From Leptolyngbyaceae cyanobacterium (GTDB lineage: Bacteria > Cyanobacteriota > Cyanobacteriia > Phormidesmidales > Phormidesmidaceae), in the NCBI GenBank assembly GCA_965263355.1, contig CBDHHL010000032.1, forward strand, positions 2,304,001 to 2,368,000: a stretch of DNA of 64,000 nt, written 5' to 3'. Under the pieces are notes generated by a model. That model saw only the letters and a list, made by a program, of their open reading frames with translations, was not told where the DNA came from and did no database searches. Shown piece by piece: positions 52,774-62,472 of the stretch; position 1 is the first letter of the stretch; each line of letters opens with the position of its first letter. The translations under genes and the position numbers were made by a program.

Positions 52774-54198
52774 ATGACCATTGCCTGGATTGCCCTTCCC
52801 CTCTTTATTGGATTTAGTAGTTATCTGTTGCCAAAGGTGGCGCGCTACCTGGCCCTGGTAGTACCGCTGCTGTCAGTAGCCTACGGCCTCTGGCATATAG
52901 TAATGCCTGAACCGGAGACTTTAAAGCTGTTAGACAGTTTTGGGGTCACCCTGGTGGTGGATTCCCTAAGTGGTTTTTTTATTCTCACCAATGGGCTGGT
53001 GACTGCTGCGGTGGTGCTTTACTGTTGGGCACAGGGGAAATCGGCATTCTTTTATGCCCAGGCAATTATTCTGCACGGCAGTGTCAATTCGGCGTTTATC
53101 TGCGCTGACTTTATTAGCCTGTATGTGGCGTTAGAAGTGATTAGTATCGCCACATTTTTGTTGGTGTCTTATACACGCAGCAACAAATCCATATGGGTGG
53201 GACTGCGCTATTTGTTTGTCAGCAATACGGCCATGTTGTTCTATTTGATTGGGGCCTTGCTGGTATATCAGGCGAATCAGTCCTTTGCCTATGAGGGGTT
53301 GGGGCAGGGACCGCCGGAGGCAATTGCTCTGATCTTTTTAGGACTGCTGACCAAGGGAGGGATTTTTGTTTCTGGTTTATGGCTGCCCCTTACCCATTCC
53401 GAGTCGGAAACGCCCGTGTCGGCCATGCTCTCTGGATCGGTTATCAAGGCGGGGGTGTTTCCCCTGGTGCGCTGTGCCCTGATGTTGGAGTCGATTGACC
53501 CGATTGTGCGGCTGTTTGGGGTGGGTACGGCCCTGCTGGGGGTGGGCTATGCCATGGTAGAAAAAGACACTAAACGGATGTTGGCCTTCCATACGGTGTC
53601 CCAGTTGGGGTTTGTGCTGGCCGCCCCAGCCGTAGGAGGATTTTACGCCCTCACCCATGGACTGGTGAAGTCGGCTCTCTTTTTGATTGCTGGCAACTTA
53701 CCCAGCCGTAAGTTTAAAGAGCTAAAACAAACCGCCATCGCCACTCCCGTTTGGGTTGCGCTGGTGTTGGCGAGCTTTTCGATTTCTGGCTTTCCACTCC
53801 TATCTGGGTTTGGGGCGAAGGTGCTGACCATGAAGACGCTGTTGCCCTGGCAGGTAATTGCAATGAATCTGGCGGCCTTGGGGACGGCAATCTCCTTTGC
53901 TAAGTTTATCTTTTTACCCCATGAATCGCAGCCAGAGAGTTCTCTAAAACCAGGGTTTTGGCTGGCCATGGGAGTACTGTTAGGGGGGCTAGTTGTTGCC
54001 AATATTGGGTACTACGATGCCTACACCTGGAGCAACGTGGTAAAACCCCTGGCTACCATCGGCGCGGGCTGGTTGGCCTATTTAGTAATTGTGCAGCGGG
54101 CTGCCTTTAAGCTTCCCCGCCTGTTGGAGCAGTTTGAACATCTGATTGGGGTGATGACCCTGGTACTGATGACGCTTTTTTGGATGGCACTGGCATGA
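52774..54198 (+). CDS. mnhD: Mrp/Mnh antiporter subunit D (NdhD5-like)
   Basis: 'LYVALE', WLP.TH, 'KRMLAFHTVSQLG', HGL.K. Confidence 0.88.
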   Translation: MTIAWIALPLFIGFSSYLLPKVARYLALVVPLLSVAYGLWHIVMPEPETLKLLDSFGVTLVVDSLSGFFILTNGLVTAAVVLYCWAQGKSAFFYAQAIILHGSVNSAFICADFISLYVALEVISIATFLLVSYTRSNKSIWVGLRYLFVSNTAMLFYLIGALLVYQANQSFAYEGLGQGPPEAIALIFLGLLTKGGIFVSGLWLPLTHSESETPVSAMLSGSVIKAGVFPLVRCALMLESIDPIVRLFGVGTALLGVGYAMVEKDTKRMLAFHTVSQLGFVLAAPAVGGFYALTHGLVKSALFLIAGNLPSRKFKELKQTAIATPVWVALVLASFSISGFPLLSGFGAKVLTMKTLLPWQVIAMNLAALGTAISFAKFIFLPHESQPESSLKPGFWLAMGVLLGGLVVANIGYYDAYTWSNVVKPLATIGAGWLAYLVIVQRAAFKLPRLLEQFEHLIGVMTLVLMTLFWMALA

Positions 54199-54587
54199 TT
54201 GGACTGTTAGAAATCTTTCTACGTTTGGGTATCTGGTTTTTGTTGACGGCGGATTTTGGGGTCGTTAACGTGCTGATTGGTGTTGCGATCGCACTGCTGC
54301 TCCCCCGCTCGACGGTGGTGTCCAATAGCTTGCGAGACTGGTTGCGGGCAGTGAGGGAAGTGATCATAGCGATTCCCCAGGCCTTTGTAGAAGCGATTGA
54401 AATTATGGTGCGTCCCCACCGCTATGAGTCTCACACCATGGAGCGAATCAAGGGGAAACGGTCGCCGGGGCTGATCTTTTTGGATGTGTTTCTGATTACC
54501 TTTACCCCCAAAACCATTGTCGTTAAGTACCACGGGGATGGTCAGTATGAAGTTCATCGGATTCAGCGTCGGAGGAAACAGTCATGA
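54195..54587 (+). CDS. mnhE: Mrp/Mnh antiporter subunit E
   Basis: ITFTPKT motif; ATGA coupling to mnhD. Confidence 0.82.
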   Translation: MIGLLEIFLRLGIWFLLTADFGVVNVLIGVAIALLLPRSTVVSNSLRDWLRAVREVIIAIPQAFVEAIEIMVRPHRYESHTMERIKGKRSPGLIFLDVFLITFTPKTIVVKYHGDGQYEVHRIQRRRKQS

Positions 54588-54838
54588 ATGGCAGCATAAT
54601 GTGGCCCATGCTTGGGGTGTTGTTGATTCCCATCTATGAAGCCTGGCGAGACAATGACATCTGGCAAAAAATGTTGGCTTTTGCCAGCATCGAAACTAAG
54701 GCCTCTATTTTGATTTTGGTGGTGTCAGTGCTGCGGGATGACTGGATGATTGGTGTTGTTGGAGTACTGATTCTCAGTATTGGCAATGCCTCCTTAATGT
54801 TGTTGGCCCATATTATCAAACGGACAAACCAGGTATGA
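54584..54838 (+). CDS. mnhF: Mrp/Mnh antiporter subunit F
   Basis: Small three-TM protein between mnhE and mnhG with overlapping start/stop. Confidence 0.75.
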   Translation: MNGSIMWPMLGVLLIPIYEAWRDNDIWQKMLAFASIETKASILILVVSVLRDDWMIGVVGVLILSIGNASLMLLAHIIKRTNQV

Positions 54839-55128
54839 ATTTAGTCACCATCGCTAGCTATATCTGTATGGGCATGGGCATTGTGTTTTGGGTTTGGGGT
54901 ACCTGGCCCTTGCTGGGCAACCGTTCTGTATTATTTAAGCTACATAGTTTGTCGGTAGCGGACACCCTGGGTTCCATGCTGATTGTGGTGGGGCTGTTGC
55001 TCAGAATTCCACGGGAATGGCCATTACTCGTATTGGCCCTGATCTCGTTAGCGATTTGGAATACGGTGCTGGGCTATGTGCTGGCCTATTGTTCACGGGG
55101 AAGACAAGTACAGGGAGGCAGACGATGA
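54835..55128 (+). CDS. mnhG: Mrp/Mnh antiporter subunit G
   Basis: 'KLHSLSVADTLG' motif. Confidence 0.85.
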   Translation: MNLVTIASYICMGMGIVFWVWGTWPLLGNRSVLFKLHSLSVADTLGSMLIVVGLLLRIPREWPLLVLALISLAIWNTVLGYVLAYCSRGRQVQGGRR

Positions 55129-55727
55129 TACAAGATGGATATACAGTAGCGATAACGGCGCTGTTACCCCTTACCGCTGCTATGGTAATCACCCAAAAAA
55201 ATCCTTACCATGCCCTGGTAATGCGGGGTATTTTAGGGGCTGTGGCGGCGTTGGTCTACGCTCTTTTTGGGGCGGCGGATGTGGCTCTGACTGAGGCGCT
55301 GGTGGGGACGATGCTATCGATTACGTTGTATGCGATCGCAGTCCGCTCATCCATGACAGTGCGATTGGGGGTGCTAGACGATGACAATCATAACCAGAGT
55401 CCTAACGGGCAGGAGCATTACAAAAACCTGTTAATTGACCTACAAAAATCCCTGCACATCCATAACCTGCGTCTTGAACAAGTGTCCTATTCTTCAGTGG
55501 CAGACCTGCAGGACGCTTTGCACCTAAAAGCTGTCCATGGTATCTGCACCCTGGTACCTGGAAGCGATACGTATCGGCTACACCTCCGAGTGCCGAAGCT
55601 ATATCAACTATTGCAAACGTATCTGTCTGTAGAGGGAGTAACGCTGTCCCTTGTTGCCCAAAAGACCGCAGAGCCTACCCCACTTCTCCTGACCGAGTCT
55701 CCCTATCCTAGTTCTTCCGAAGCGTAA
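55125..55727 (+). CDS. DUF4040 protein (MrpA C-terminal / MnhB-associated module)
   Basis: 'GAADVALTEALVG'; ATGA coupling to mnhG. Confidence 0.82.
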   Translation: MIQDGYTVAITALLPLTAAMVITQKNPYHALVMRGILGAVAALVYALFGAADVALTEALVGTMLSITLYAIAVRSSMTVRLGVLDDDNHNQSPNGQEHYKNLLIDLQKSLHIHNLRLEQVSYSSVADLQDALHLKAVHGICTLVPGSDTYRLHLRVPKLYQLLQTYLSVEGVTLSLVAQKTAEPTPLLLTESPYPSSSEA

Positions 55728-55729
55728 CC

Positions 55730-56392
55730 ATGATCTGGATTTACATTATTGCCGGTGTAGCGTTGTACCTCAAGATGCTGGTATTTCCTAATCCAGCCAT
55801 GGAACTGATCGATCTCTCTATTGTGGAAGCTGTAGTACAGGATAGCGGAGTTCCCAACGCAGTCTCGGGTATCATTTTTCGCAATCGCCTGTACGACACC
55901 ATTTTTGAAGTAGTGGTCTTCACCCTATCGATTATGGGGGTGAGATACTTGCTGGCGGATGAACAGGCCGTATCCACCGTACGTAAATTTACCGACCAAC
56001 CCTCCATTGTGTTGGCTCGCCTGGGTGCCACGATCGCTGCCCTGATTAGCATCGAGCTAGCTCTCCGGGGACACCTGAGCCCTGGTGGTGGCTTTGCAGC
56101 AGGGGTGGCGGGGGGCACGGCCATCGGTCTGGTGGCCATCACTGCCTCATCCCAATGGATGGAAGACATTTACCGACAATGGCGTGCGGCCACTATAGAA
56201 AAAGTCTCAGTGCTGATTTTTATCGTGTTGTCAGTTCTCGCCTTGATTGGTCTGGAGCTGCCCCAGGGAGACCTTGGCATGCTCCTCAGCGGGGGATGGA
56301 TTCCGTTTCTAAACATTTTAGTGACCATTAAAGTCGCCCTTGGCGCCTGGGCCGCGATTCTTATGTTTATTCGGTATCGGGGATTACTGTAG
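55730..56392 (+). CDS. mnhB: Mrp/Mnh antiporter subunit B
   Basis: NAVSGI..RNRLYDTIFE; GHLSPGGGFAAG. Confidence 0.9.
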   Translation: MIWIYIIAGVALYLKMLVFPNPAMELIDLSIVEAVVQDSGVPNAVSGIIFRNRLYDTIFEVVVFTLSIMGVRYLLADEQAVSTVRKFTDQPSIVLARLGATIAALISIELALRGHLSPGGGFAAGVAGGTAIGLVAITASSQWMEDIYRQWRAATIEKVSVLIFIVLSVLALIGLELPQGDLGMLLSGGWIPFLNILVTIKVALGAWAAILMFIRYRGLL

Positions 56393-57053
56393 TGAGTGAT
56401 TTCCTTGGTTGCTGGCATTGACATTGTATCCAAAGTGTTATTTGAGCCAGATTATCTCAAATCAATCATAAGCATAAGTTTTGTTGCCGCCGCTTTCATT
56501 GATAAAAAACAGTTTCTTACGTTAGAATTTGTTTAGCAAGATTAATTCAAGTATCTGTCATCGCTTATGAGACAGTGTTTTTGATATGTAGGACGGCCTA
56601 GTCTGTAAAGCAGTCTGTTTATTAACACTTTACAGAGGTCAATAGCATCAAAAATTGACTGCCTTTTGCTGTAGCAGATATTGGTTTTCTCTTGACATAT
56701 TCATCATATACTCACTCCTTCTAAACCTAATTCGAAATAGGTTAATGGATTTGAGCTTGTCAGGTACGTGATGAATAGTGAATTTTAGTAATTGGACAAA
56801 ATGAGGAGGCAACAGAATGTTTAGTGCTTTTCTAGGTATCATTATTTTAGGCTGGATTTCAACTGTTATAGCTAGTTCTCAGTCCTACTCTTCTGACAAT
56901 TAGTTTTACACCATACCCCTAATAAATTCTGGCCATAGTTCGGAATACGAGGTATAGAAGTCAGAATACTCTCCCCTTCTGACTTTCGTACCGTTAGGGG
57001 AATGAAGGTATTGCGATCAACTTTGTTAGTCCCCTTGGGATAGGTGCCCGACT

Positions 57054-58190
57054 TCAGCGGCCCGATAAACGCATGATATAGTCGTCAAACTCTTTTATAT
57101 ACACTTCCAATGGTGCATGCAATAACCCTGCTTTATCCGACCCAAAATTTGCCCCTGCTTGCATCCGTTCAACCATCTCTTTGTCCTCAGTGGTCGCTAT
57201 TTCAATCACATTGACTACCTCTTCAACAAACTTCTCAGCATCAGGCATTGCATCCATCGCGTGATGGGAGAAAGAAAGTCCCCAACGAGCATTCGTTTGG
57301 TTAACAGATTTGGGTTCAAGGGCCATCCACCACACAAAATTTGGATCAATCGCAATTAAACCATTGGGAAAAACACCTACTACATAAAACCGTCTAAACT
57401 CATCCTTATCTAACTGCGGATTATAAATATCTGGCTGATGTTCAACGGTGTAAGAATTACTGTGAATTGTAAAATTTGGATCGCCCATTGGGGGACCATA
57501 TTCAACTGCTTTGGTCGGGTTTGTTGGCCCGATAGACTTTGTATGGGTGTAGGTCGTGTGATAGCTCTCAATAAAATTATGATAGATCAGCTTCCAATTG
57601 GCATTCCATAGCTCTTCATGCACCACATGCCGATCTTCATAACGATCCAGCTCAAAATTCTTTAGGATTAGGCCAAGATTTTGTAACCGCTCAGACACTG
57701 GCTGTAGATCTTTTTGTAGGGAAACAAAAATATAACCAAGATACTCATCCGTAGCCAGGGTTTCCAGTGCAAGTCCCTCAATATCTTCGGTGCAAAATCC
57801 CTCCCGCTCAGGCACACCAATCAACTCACCATCTAATTTATAAACCCAACAATGGTAGGGACACACAATACTCTTGGTAGACCCACTGCCTTCTAACAGT
57901 TTGACGTAGCGATGCAGGCAATAGTTTGCCATCGTACGAATTGAACCATTCTGCTGTCGCATGACAATAATGGGCCGCTGTCCCAAAAATGCCGTCATAT
58001 AGTCACCAGGCTCGGGAATTGCGCCCGATCGACCGACCATGACCCAGTCATTGTCAAAAATGCTGGTCACTTCATGGTGAAAAATGTCAGAGTCCGTAAA
58101 CGTTTGTTGCTTACGGGCCAACATCCGGTTCGGAATGTTGGGAGCCAGGGGTTGATCTAAGGTGTAATTGAACTGTTTAGAGTGGCTCAT
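57054..58190 (-). CDS. Rieske non-heme iron oxygenase alpha subunit (choline monooxygenase-like)
   Basis: Rieske CLH...CPYH; ANWK; ESYHTTYTH; distal ED. Confidence 0.88.
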   Translation of the reverse strand: MSHSKQFNYTLDQPLAPNIPNRMLARKQQTFTDSDIFHHEVTSIFDNDWVMVGRSGAIPEPGDYMTAFLGQRPIIVMRQQNGSIRTMANYCLHRYVKLLEGSGSTKSIVCPYHCWVYKLDGELIGVPEREGFCTEDIEGLALETLATDEYLGYIFVSLQKDLQPVSERLQNLGLILKNFELDRYEDRHVVHEELWNANWKLIYHNFIESYHTTYTHTKSIGPTNPTKAVEYGPPMGDPNFTIHSNSYTVEHQPDIYNPQLDKDEFRRFYVVGVFPNGLIAIDPNFVWWMALEPKSVNQTNARWGLSFSHHAMDAMPDAEKFVEEVVNVIEIATTEDKEMVERMQAGANFGSDKAGLLHAPLEVYIKEFDDYIMRLSGR

Positions 58191-58385
58191 AATGGATCAT
58201 CTCTTTCGCAGCAGTATCTATCCGTATAGACTGGCTATGCTAATAACCGTTGGATACGCTTATGATGCATAAACTTCACTTCTATTACAGTGTTTATTGC
58301 AACGGAAGCGCGTCATAAAGTAAGTAGTATTGTGTCAAGCCTGGAATTTAGGGTAAGGCAGTGAATGGTGCATCGTTAATATTGT

Positions 58386-59753
58386 TTACTTCTTCATAAA
58401 CTTTGGCTTCCAGCCTTTAATGACTCGTCGTTCCCCACGGGTCACAATCAGACAGTCATCATCCACATCCTTGGTTACTATGGCACCTGCGCCCACTGTA
58501 ACACTCTCTCCCAAGGTGATTGGGGCCACTAAAACACTGTTTGAACCTGTTTTAGTGTGGTCTTTAATCACTGTCGGATGCTTGTTATAGCCATCATAGT
58601 TAGCTGTGATGGTACCGGCACCAATGTTGACCTTGTTGCCCAGGGTGGCATTGCCTAAATAGGACAGATGGGCCGCATTGGTTTTGTTGCCGATGGTAGT
58701 TTTTTTCACTTCAACAAAGTTCCCAATGCGACAGCCTTCGCCAATAATTACTTCGCCGCGCAAATGGGTGTAGGGTCCAATTTGGCCAGTGCCTTCAATC
58801 TTACTATCGTTGATGACAGAATATTTAATTGTGGTGTCTGCACCGATGGTGCTATCGGTAATCAGGGTACCTGGGCCAATGTGGCAACCGGCAGCAATGG
58901 TGGTGTTCCCGCGCAGATGCGTTTCTGGTTCAATGACTACGTCAGGCTCAATTTTTACGGTAGCGTCAATGGTAATGCTGTCTGGGTTAATCATGGTGAT
59001 CCCCGAGAGCATTAAGTCATCCTTAATGCGGCGCTGCAGAATAGTGGCTGCATCTGATAGCTGTTTTCGGTTATTGATGCCTGAAATCTCTTCGATGTCG
59101 TCTACATCAAGGGCCATGACCGGTGACAGGTCTTTGACCACATCGGTCAAGTAGTACTCATTCTGGTCGTTATCTGACTTCAGATGAGGTAACACTGTCA
59201 TCAGTTTTTGCCAGTTAAAGCAGTAAATGCCTGAGTTAATGCGCTTATTACTGCGTTGCTCAGGAGTACAATCGCGGTGCTCAATAATCTCAGAGACAAT
59301 ATAATTTTCGTCACAGAATACTCGGCCATAACCTGTGGGGTCATCAAACTGGGCCGTTAGAATCGTGGCGGCATTGTTATTTTCAATATGGGTCTGGACC
59401 ATTTTGGCGATGGTTTCGGGACGCAGTAGGGGCACATCACCATTGAGCACCAGCAGGTTACCCTCAAACTCTGTCAATGCTGGAATTACCTGCTGGACGG
59501 CATGACCGGTGCCTAGCTGTGCGGTTTGCTCAACAAATTCCAACTCGGTAACATGGGCCAGGGCAGCACGCACTTCATCAGCCAGATATCCTACAATCGC
59601 AATTTGTCGCTCAGGTTGCACCTGCCCTAAACTTGCTAATACATTTTCTACCAATGTCCGTCCCCCTAAGGGATGGAGTACCTTTGGTAGACGCGATCGC
59701 ATCCGGGTTCCCTTACCTGCTGCCAATACTGCCACGGCTAATGAATTAGTCAT
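58386..59753 (-). CDS. glmU: Bifunctional UDP-GlcNAc pyrophosphorylase / glucosamine-1-phosphate acetyltransferase
   Basis: [30 protein letters not shown], hexapeptide repeats; start set at 59753. Confidence 0.96.
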   Translation of the reverse strand: MTNSLAVAVLAAGKGTRMRSRLPKVLHPLGGRTLVENVLASLGQVQPERQIAIVGYLADEVRAALAHVTELEFVEQTAQLGTGHAVQQVIPALTEFEGNLLVLNGDVPLLRPETIAKMVQTHIENNNAATILTAQFDDPTGYGRVFCDENYIVSEIIEHRDCTPEQRSNKRINSGIYCFNWQKLMTVLPHLKSDNDQNEYYLTDVVKDLSPVMALDVDDIEEISGINNRKQLSDAATILQRRIKDDLMLSGITMINPDSITIDATVKIEPDVVIEPETHLRGNTTIAAGCHIGPGTLITDSTIGADTTIKYSVINDSKIEGTGQIGPYTHLRGEVIIGEGCRIGNFVEVKKTTIGNKTNAAHLSYLGNATLGNKVNIGAGTITANYDGYNKHPTVIKDHTKTGSNSVLVAPITLGESVTVGAGAIVTKDVDDDCLIVTRGERRVIKGWKPKFMKK

Positions 59754-59843
59754 CGGAATTACGAGGGTAAAAATTAGTGTAAGAAAATGGAAAATTATGG
59801 GTGGAGTATACCGCGCAGCGGTTGGACTCCCCAAGTATGTTGG

Positions 59844-60746
59844 CTATTTAGAACTTCTATGTCCCGTTAACCAACGTCGTCGCCAGGCACCCGTTGGTTC
59901 CAGGTTAGATTGCTGTTGTTCCTGCTGGCGTGTAGCCACAATGGCCTCGGCAGTGGCGGTCCCTGTGGGGTCGCGATAGGGAATCGCCGCCCGCGTTTGC
60001 AGATGTTCAAGTTCTTGTTGTGACAGGGGGGGCAACGGTCGCTGGTCTTTGGTGGCGATGGTACAAGGCCAGTGGCGACCTACCCCTGGCAATGAGCCAA
60101 TGGTTAGCCCTGCTAACGCCATGGCTGATCGGACTGCGGCGGCACAGGAATAGGTGGCTAGAATGCCATCATCGGCTAAGCATTGAGCGGTGAGTTGAAA
60201 AAACTCCAAGGTCCAAAGTTGGGGACAGCGGGTAGGGGAAAAGGGATCAAACAGGATGGCATCGGCCTGCCAACCTTTGGTTACAAGGGGCTGAAGTGTT
60301 TGGCGGGCGTCGCCGATAATTAACTGGAGGTCCAGGGTGGAGCTTTTGTAGTGGTGCTCGGTGGCTAGCGCCTTAAGAATGGTTTGGGTAGCTGGAGTCC
60401 AATGGTGAATCAGGTTGTTTGCGATCGCACCCCGAACCACCGCTGCATTGATCTCCAACGCCCGAATCGTCACCTGACAGTCAGGATTGACCTGCTGGAT
60501 CGTATCCAGGGCAGCAGCCGTGTTGTAGCCTAACCCATAGCAAACATCTAATATAGACAGTCGTTCTGCCTTAGCCAACGCTGGAATATTCGCCGCATCC
60601 ACATAGTTGCGCTGGGCGTCAGTATAGGCCCCTGCGCGATTGTGAAACCACTCACCAAATTCCTCTGAATAGAACGTGGCCGAGCCATCTCCTGTGATTT
60701 CAAGGGTTAAACCAGCCGATAAAGCTTTAGAATCACCACCAACCAT
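59844..60746 (-). CDS. MnmC/MnmD-family tRNA methyltransferase
   Basis: TGDGS.T.YSE.F.E.FH, DVCYGLGYN, DPFSP..CP.LWT. Confidence 0.85.
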   Translation of the reverse strand: MVGGDSKALSAGLTLEITGDGSATFYSEEFGEWFHNRAGAYTDAQRNYVDAANIPALAKAERLSILDVCYGLGYNTAAALDTIQQVNPDCQVTIRALEINAAVVRGAIANNLIHHWTPATQTILKALATEHHYKSSTLDLQLIIGDARQTLQPLVTKGWQADAILFDPFSPTRCPQLWTLEFFQLTAQCLADDGILATYSCAAAVRSAMALAGLTIGSLPGVGRHWPCTIATKDQRPLPPLSQQELEHLQTRAAIPYRDPTGTATAEAIVATRQQEQQQSNLEPTGAWRRRWLTGHRSSK

Positions 60747-60820
60747 CAATTACTAATTAGCCACTATCCACGACGCCCCCAGAATTATAATGAACACCGT
60801 CTTTATCCTGCATTAGAGCC

Positions 60821-61669
60821 TTGTCTGCATCGCTAGATTCACCGATCGATCTGACTAATATCCATATCGTTAGCCCCCCATGGTTAGCTGAGCATCTCGA
60901 CCGGGGCGTAATCGTGATTGATTGCCGATTTTCGTTGCCAGAGCCTGACCTGGGACAGCGGCAGTATGATGCCGGTCATATTCCCGGTGCCTATTATCTG
61001 GACCTTAACCGCCATCTTTCCAATGCTGTACAACCCCATGGCGGGCGTCATCCGCTACCTGACTGGTCTAAATTTGTCGATAATTTAAATGTATTAGGCA
61101 TTCAATCTACGCCCCAAACACCTGTTGTTATTTATGATGCCTCCCGTTTTGCGTTTGCTGCCCGTCTCTGGTGGATGTTGCGCTATTTGGGCCACAAAAA
61201 TATTGCTCTGTTAGATGGAGGCATTAATGCTTGGGTTGAGGCGGGATTACCTCTCAGTAGTGAAATGCCACAGCCTCAGGTGGGGCATTTTGTGCCACAG
61301 CCCCAAGCAAACTGGATTGTGGATATTGACTATGTTCGTCAGCACAAAGATCAACTTGGCACAATGGTGATTGATTCACGATCTGCCGATCGATTTCGGG
61401 GTGAACGGGAACCGATTGATCCGATTGCTGGCTCTGTTCCTGGCGCAGTGAACTACTTTTGGAAAGACGTCAGTACTGAAACGGGGCTACTAAAATCTCC
61501 TGAGATTCTCGCGGCTCATTGGCGGGCAGTAAATGATGCGGATGATGTCATTGTTTACTGTGGGTCTGGGGTAACGGCCTGTGTAAATCTCTTTTCGCAG
61601 GTGGTGGCGGGTAAACCCATGGGAAAGCTTTACCCTGGTGGCTGGAGCGATTGGTGTTCGTATTTGTGA
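60821..61669 (+). CDS. Tandem-domain sulfurtransferase (rhodanese / SseA family)
   Basis: GHIPGA, GRHPLP, YCGSGVTAC, YPGGWSDW. Confidence 0.9.
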   Translation: MSASLDSPIDLTNIHIVSPPWLAEHLDRGVIVIDCRFSLPEPDLGQRQYDAGHIPGAYYLDLNRHLSNAVQPHGGRHPLPDWSKFVDNLNVLGIQSTPQTPVVIYDASRFAFAARLWWMLRYLGHKNIALLDGGINAWVEAGLPLSSEMPQPQVGHFVPQPQANWIVDIDYVRQHKDQLGTMVIDSRSADRFRGEREPIDPIAGSVPGAVNYFWKDVSTETGLLKSPEILAAHWRAVNDADDVIVYCGSGVTACVNLFSQVVAGKPMGKLYPGGWSDWCSYL

Positions 61670-61672
61670 TTT

Positions 61673-62215
61673 ATGTCTATCCGCATTTATGGTAATCGCG
61701 CCATTAAGACCTTACCAGGAGAGGCGACACGACCGACACCAGCCAAGGTGAGAGAAGCTCTCTTTAATATCTGGCAGGGACGGGTGCAGGGCTGTCGTTG
61801 GTTGGATCTCTGTGCTGGGAGCGGTGCCATGGGGGCAGAAGCGTTGTGTCGAGGGGCAAGCACAGTAGTTGGCATTGAACAATCGGGGCCTGCCTGTCGC
61901 ATTGTGCAAATCAACTGGCAAACGGTTGCTCGACCAGAACAATCGTTTCAGGTGATTCGGGGAGATGTGACTAAAAAGTTACGGAATCTATCATTGGAAC
62001 CGTTTGAGCTGGTATATTTTGATCCGCCCTATGCTGGGGGGCTGTATGGGCCGGTTTTAGAGACGTTGGTGCAAAACTCTTTGCTGGTGGCAGGGGGTGC
62101 GATCGCAGCAGAGTTCACCCCGGAACATTGGTTACCGAAGTCGATAGATGGACTAGAGCTACAACGAATAAAGCGCTACGGATTAACTCATCTGGCGTTC
62201 TTTAAAGTGGCCTGA
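61673..62215 (+). CDS. rsmD: 16S rRNA m2G966 methyltransferase
   Basis: TRPT..KVREALFNI, LDLCAGSG, EALCRG, DPPY. Confidence 0.93.
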   Translation: MSIRIYGNRAIKTLPGEATRPTPAKVREALFNIWQGRVQGCRWLDLCAGSGAMGAEALCRGASTVVGIEQSGPACRIVQINWQTVARPEQSFQVIRGDVTKKLRNLSLEPFELVYFDPPYAGGLYGPVLETLVQNSLLVAGGAIAAEFTPEHWLPKSIDGLELQRIKRYGLTHLAFFKVA

Positions 62216-62267
62216 TAAGGTCGCTACGGATTAACTCATCTGGCGTTCTTTAAAGTGGCCTGATAAG
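62174..62267 (+). repeat. Exact 46-bp tandem duplication of the rsmD 3' end
   Basis: cgctacggattaactcatctggcgttctttaaagtggcctgataag at 62174-62219 and 62222-62267. Confidence 0.95.
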
Positions 62268-62269
62268 AA

Positions 62270-62420
62270 TACCCTCGTTCTTGGTTTTCTCGGCTTTAGG
62301 CAGCGTTAAAGATAGAATACCATCGCTGTAGTCAGCAGCAACATTTTGATGATTGATTCTCCCCAGTAGGGTGAGCATACGGCTAAATGACCCATGGCGG
62401 AACTCGCTATCAATCACTAG
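62270..62420 (-). pseudogene. Small heat-shock protein (Hsp20) C-terminal remnant
   Basis: 'SEFRHGSFSR...V.ADYSDGILSLTLPKAE' alpha-crystallin C-terminal half only. Confidence 0.75.
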
Positions 62421-62472
62421 CCTAGATGATTCACTCGGCTGCCAAACTGGGGGAATCATCAACACGCACGTA

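Larger units (their letters stand above)
3365..62106. repeat. HIP1 octamer GCGATCGC dispersed through the window
   Basis: Examples at 3365, 14791, 24011, 28601, 30081, 60421, 62099; cyanobacterial hallmark. Confidence 0.9.

Noticed and set aside
52427..56392. Mrp operon lacking a full-length MrpA
   Set aside because: The C-D-E-F-G-DUF4040-B layout is already known from cyanobacteria.
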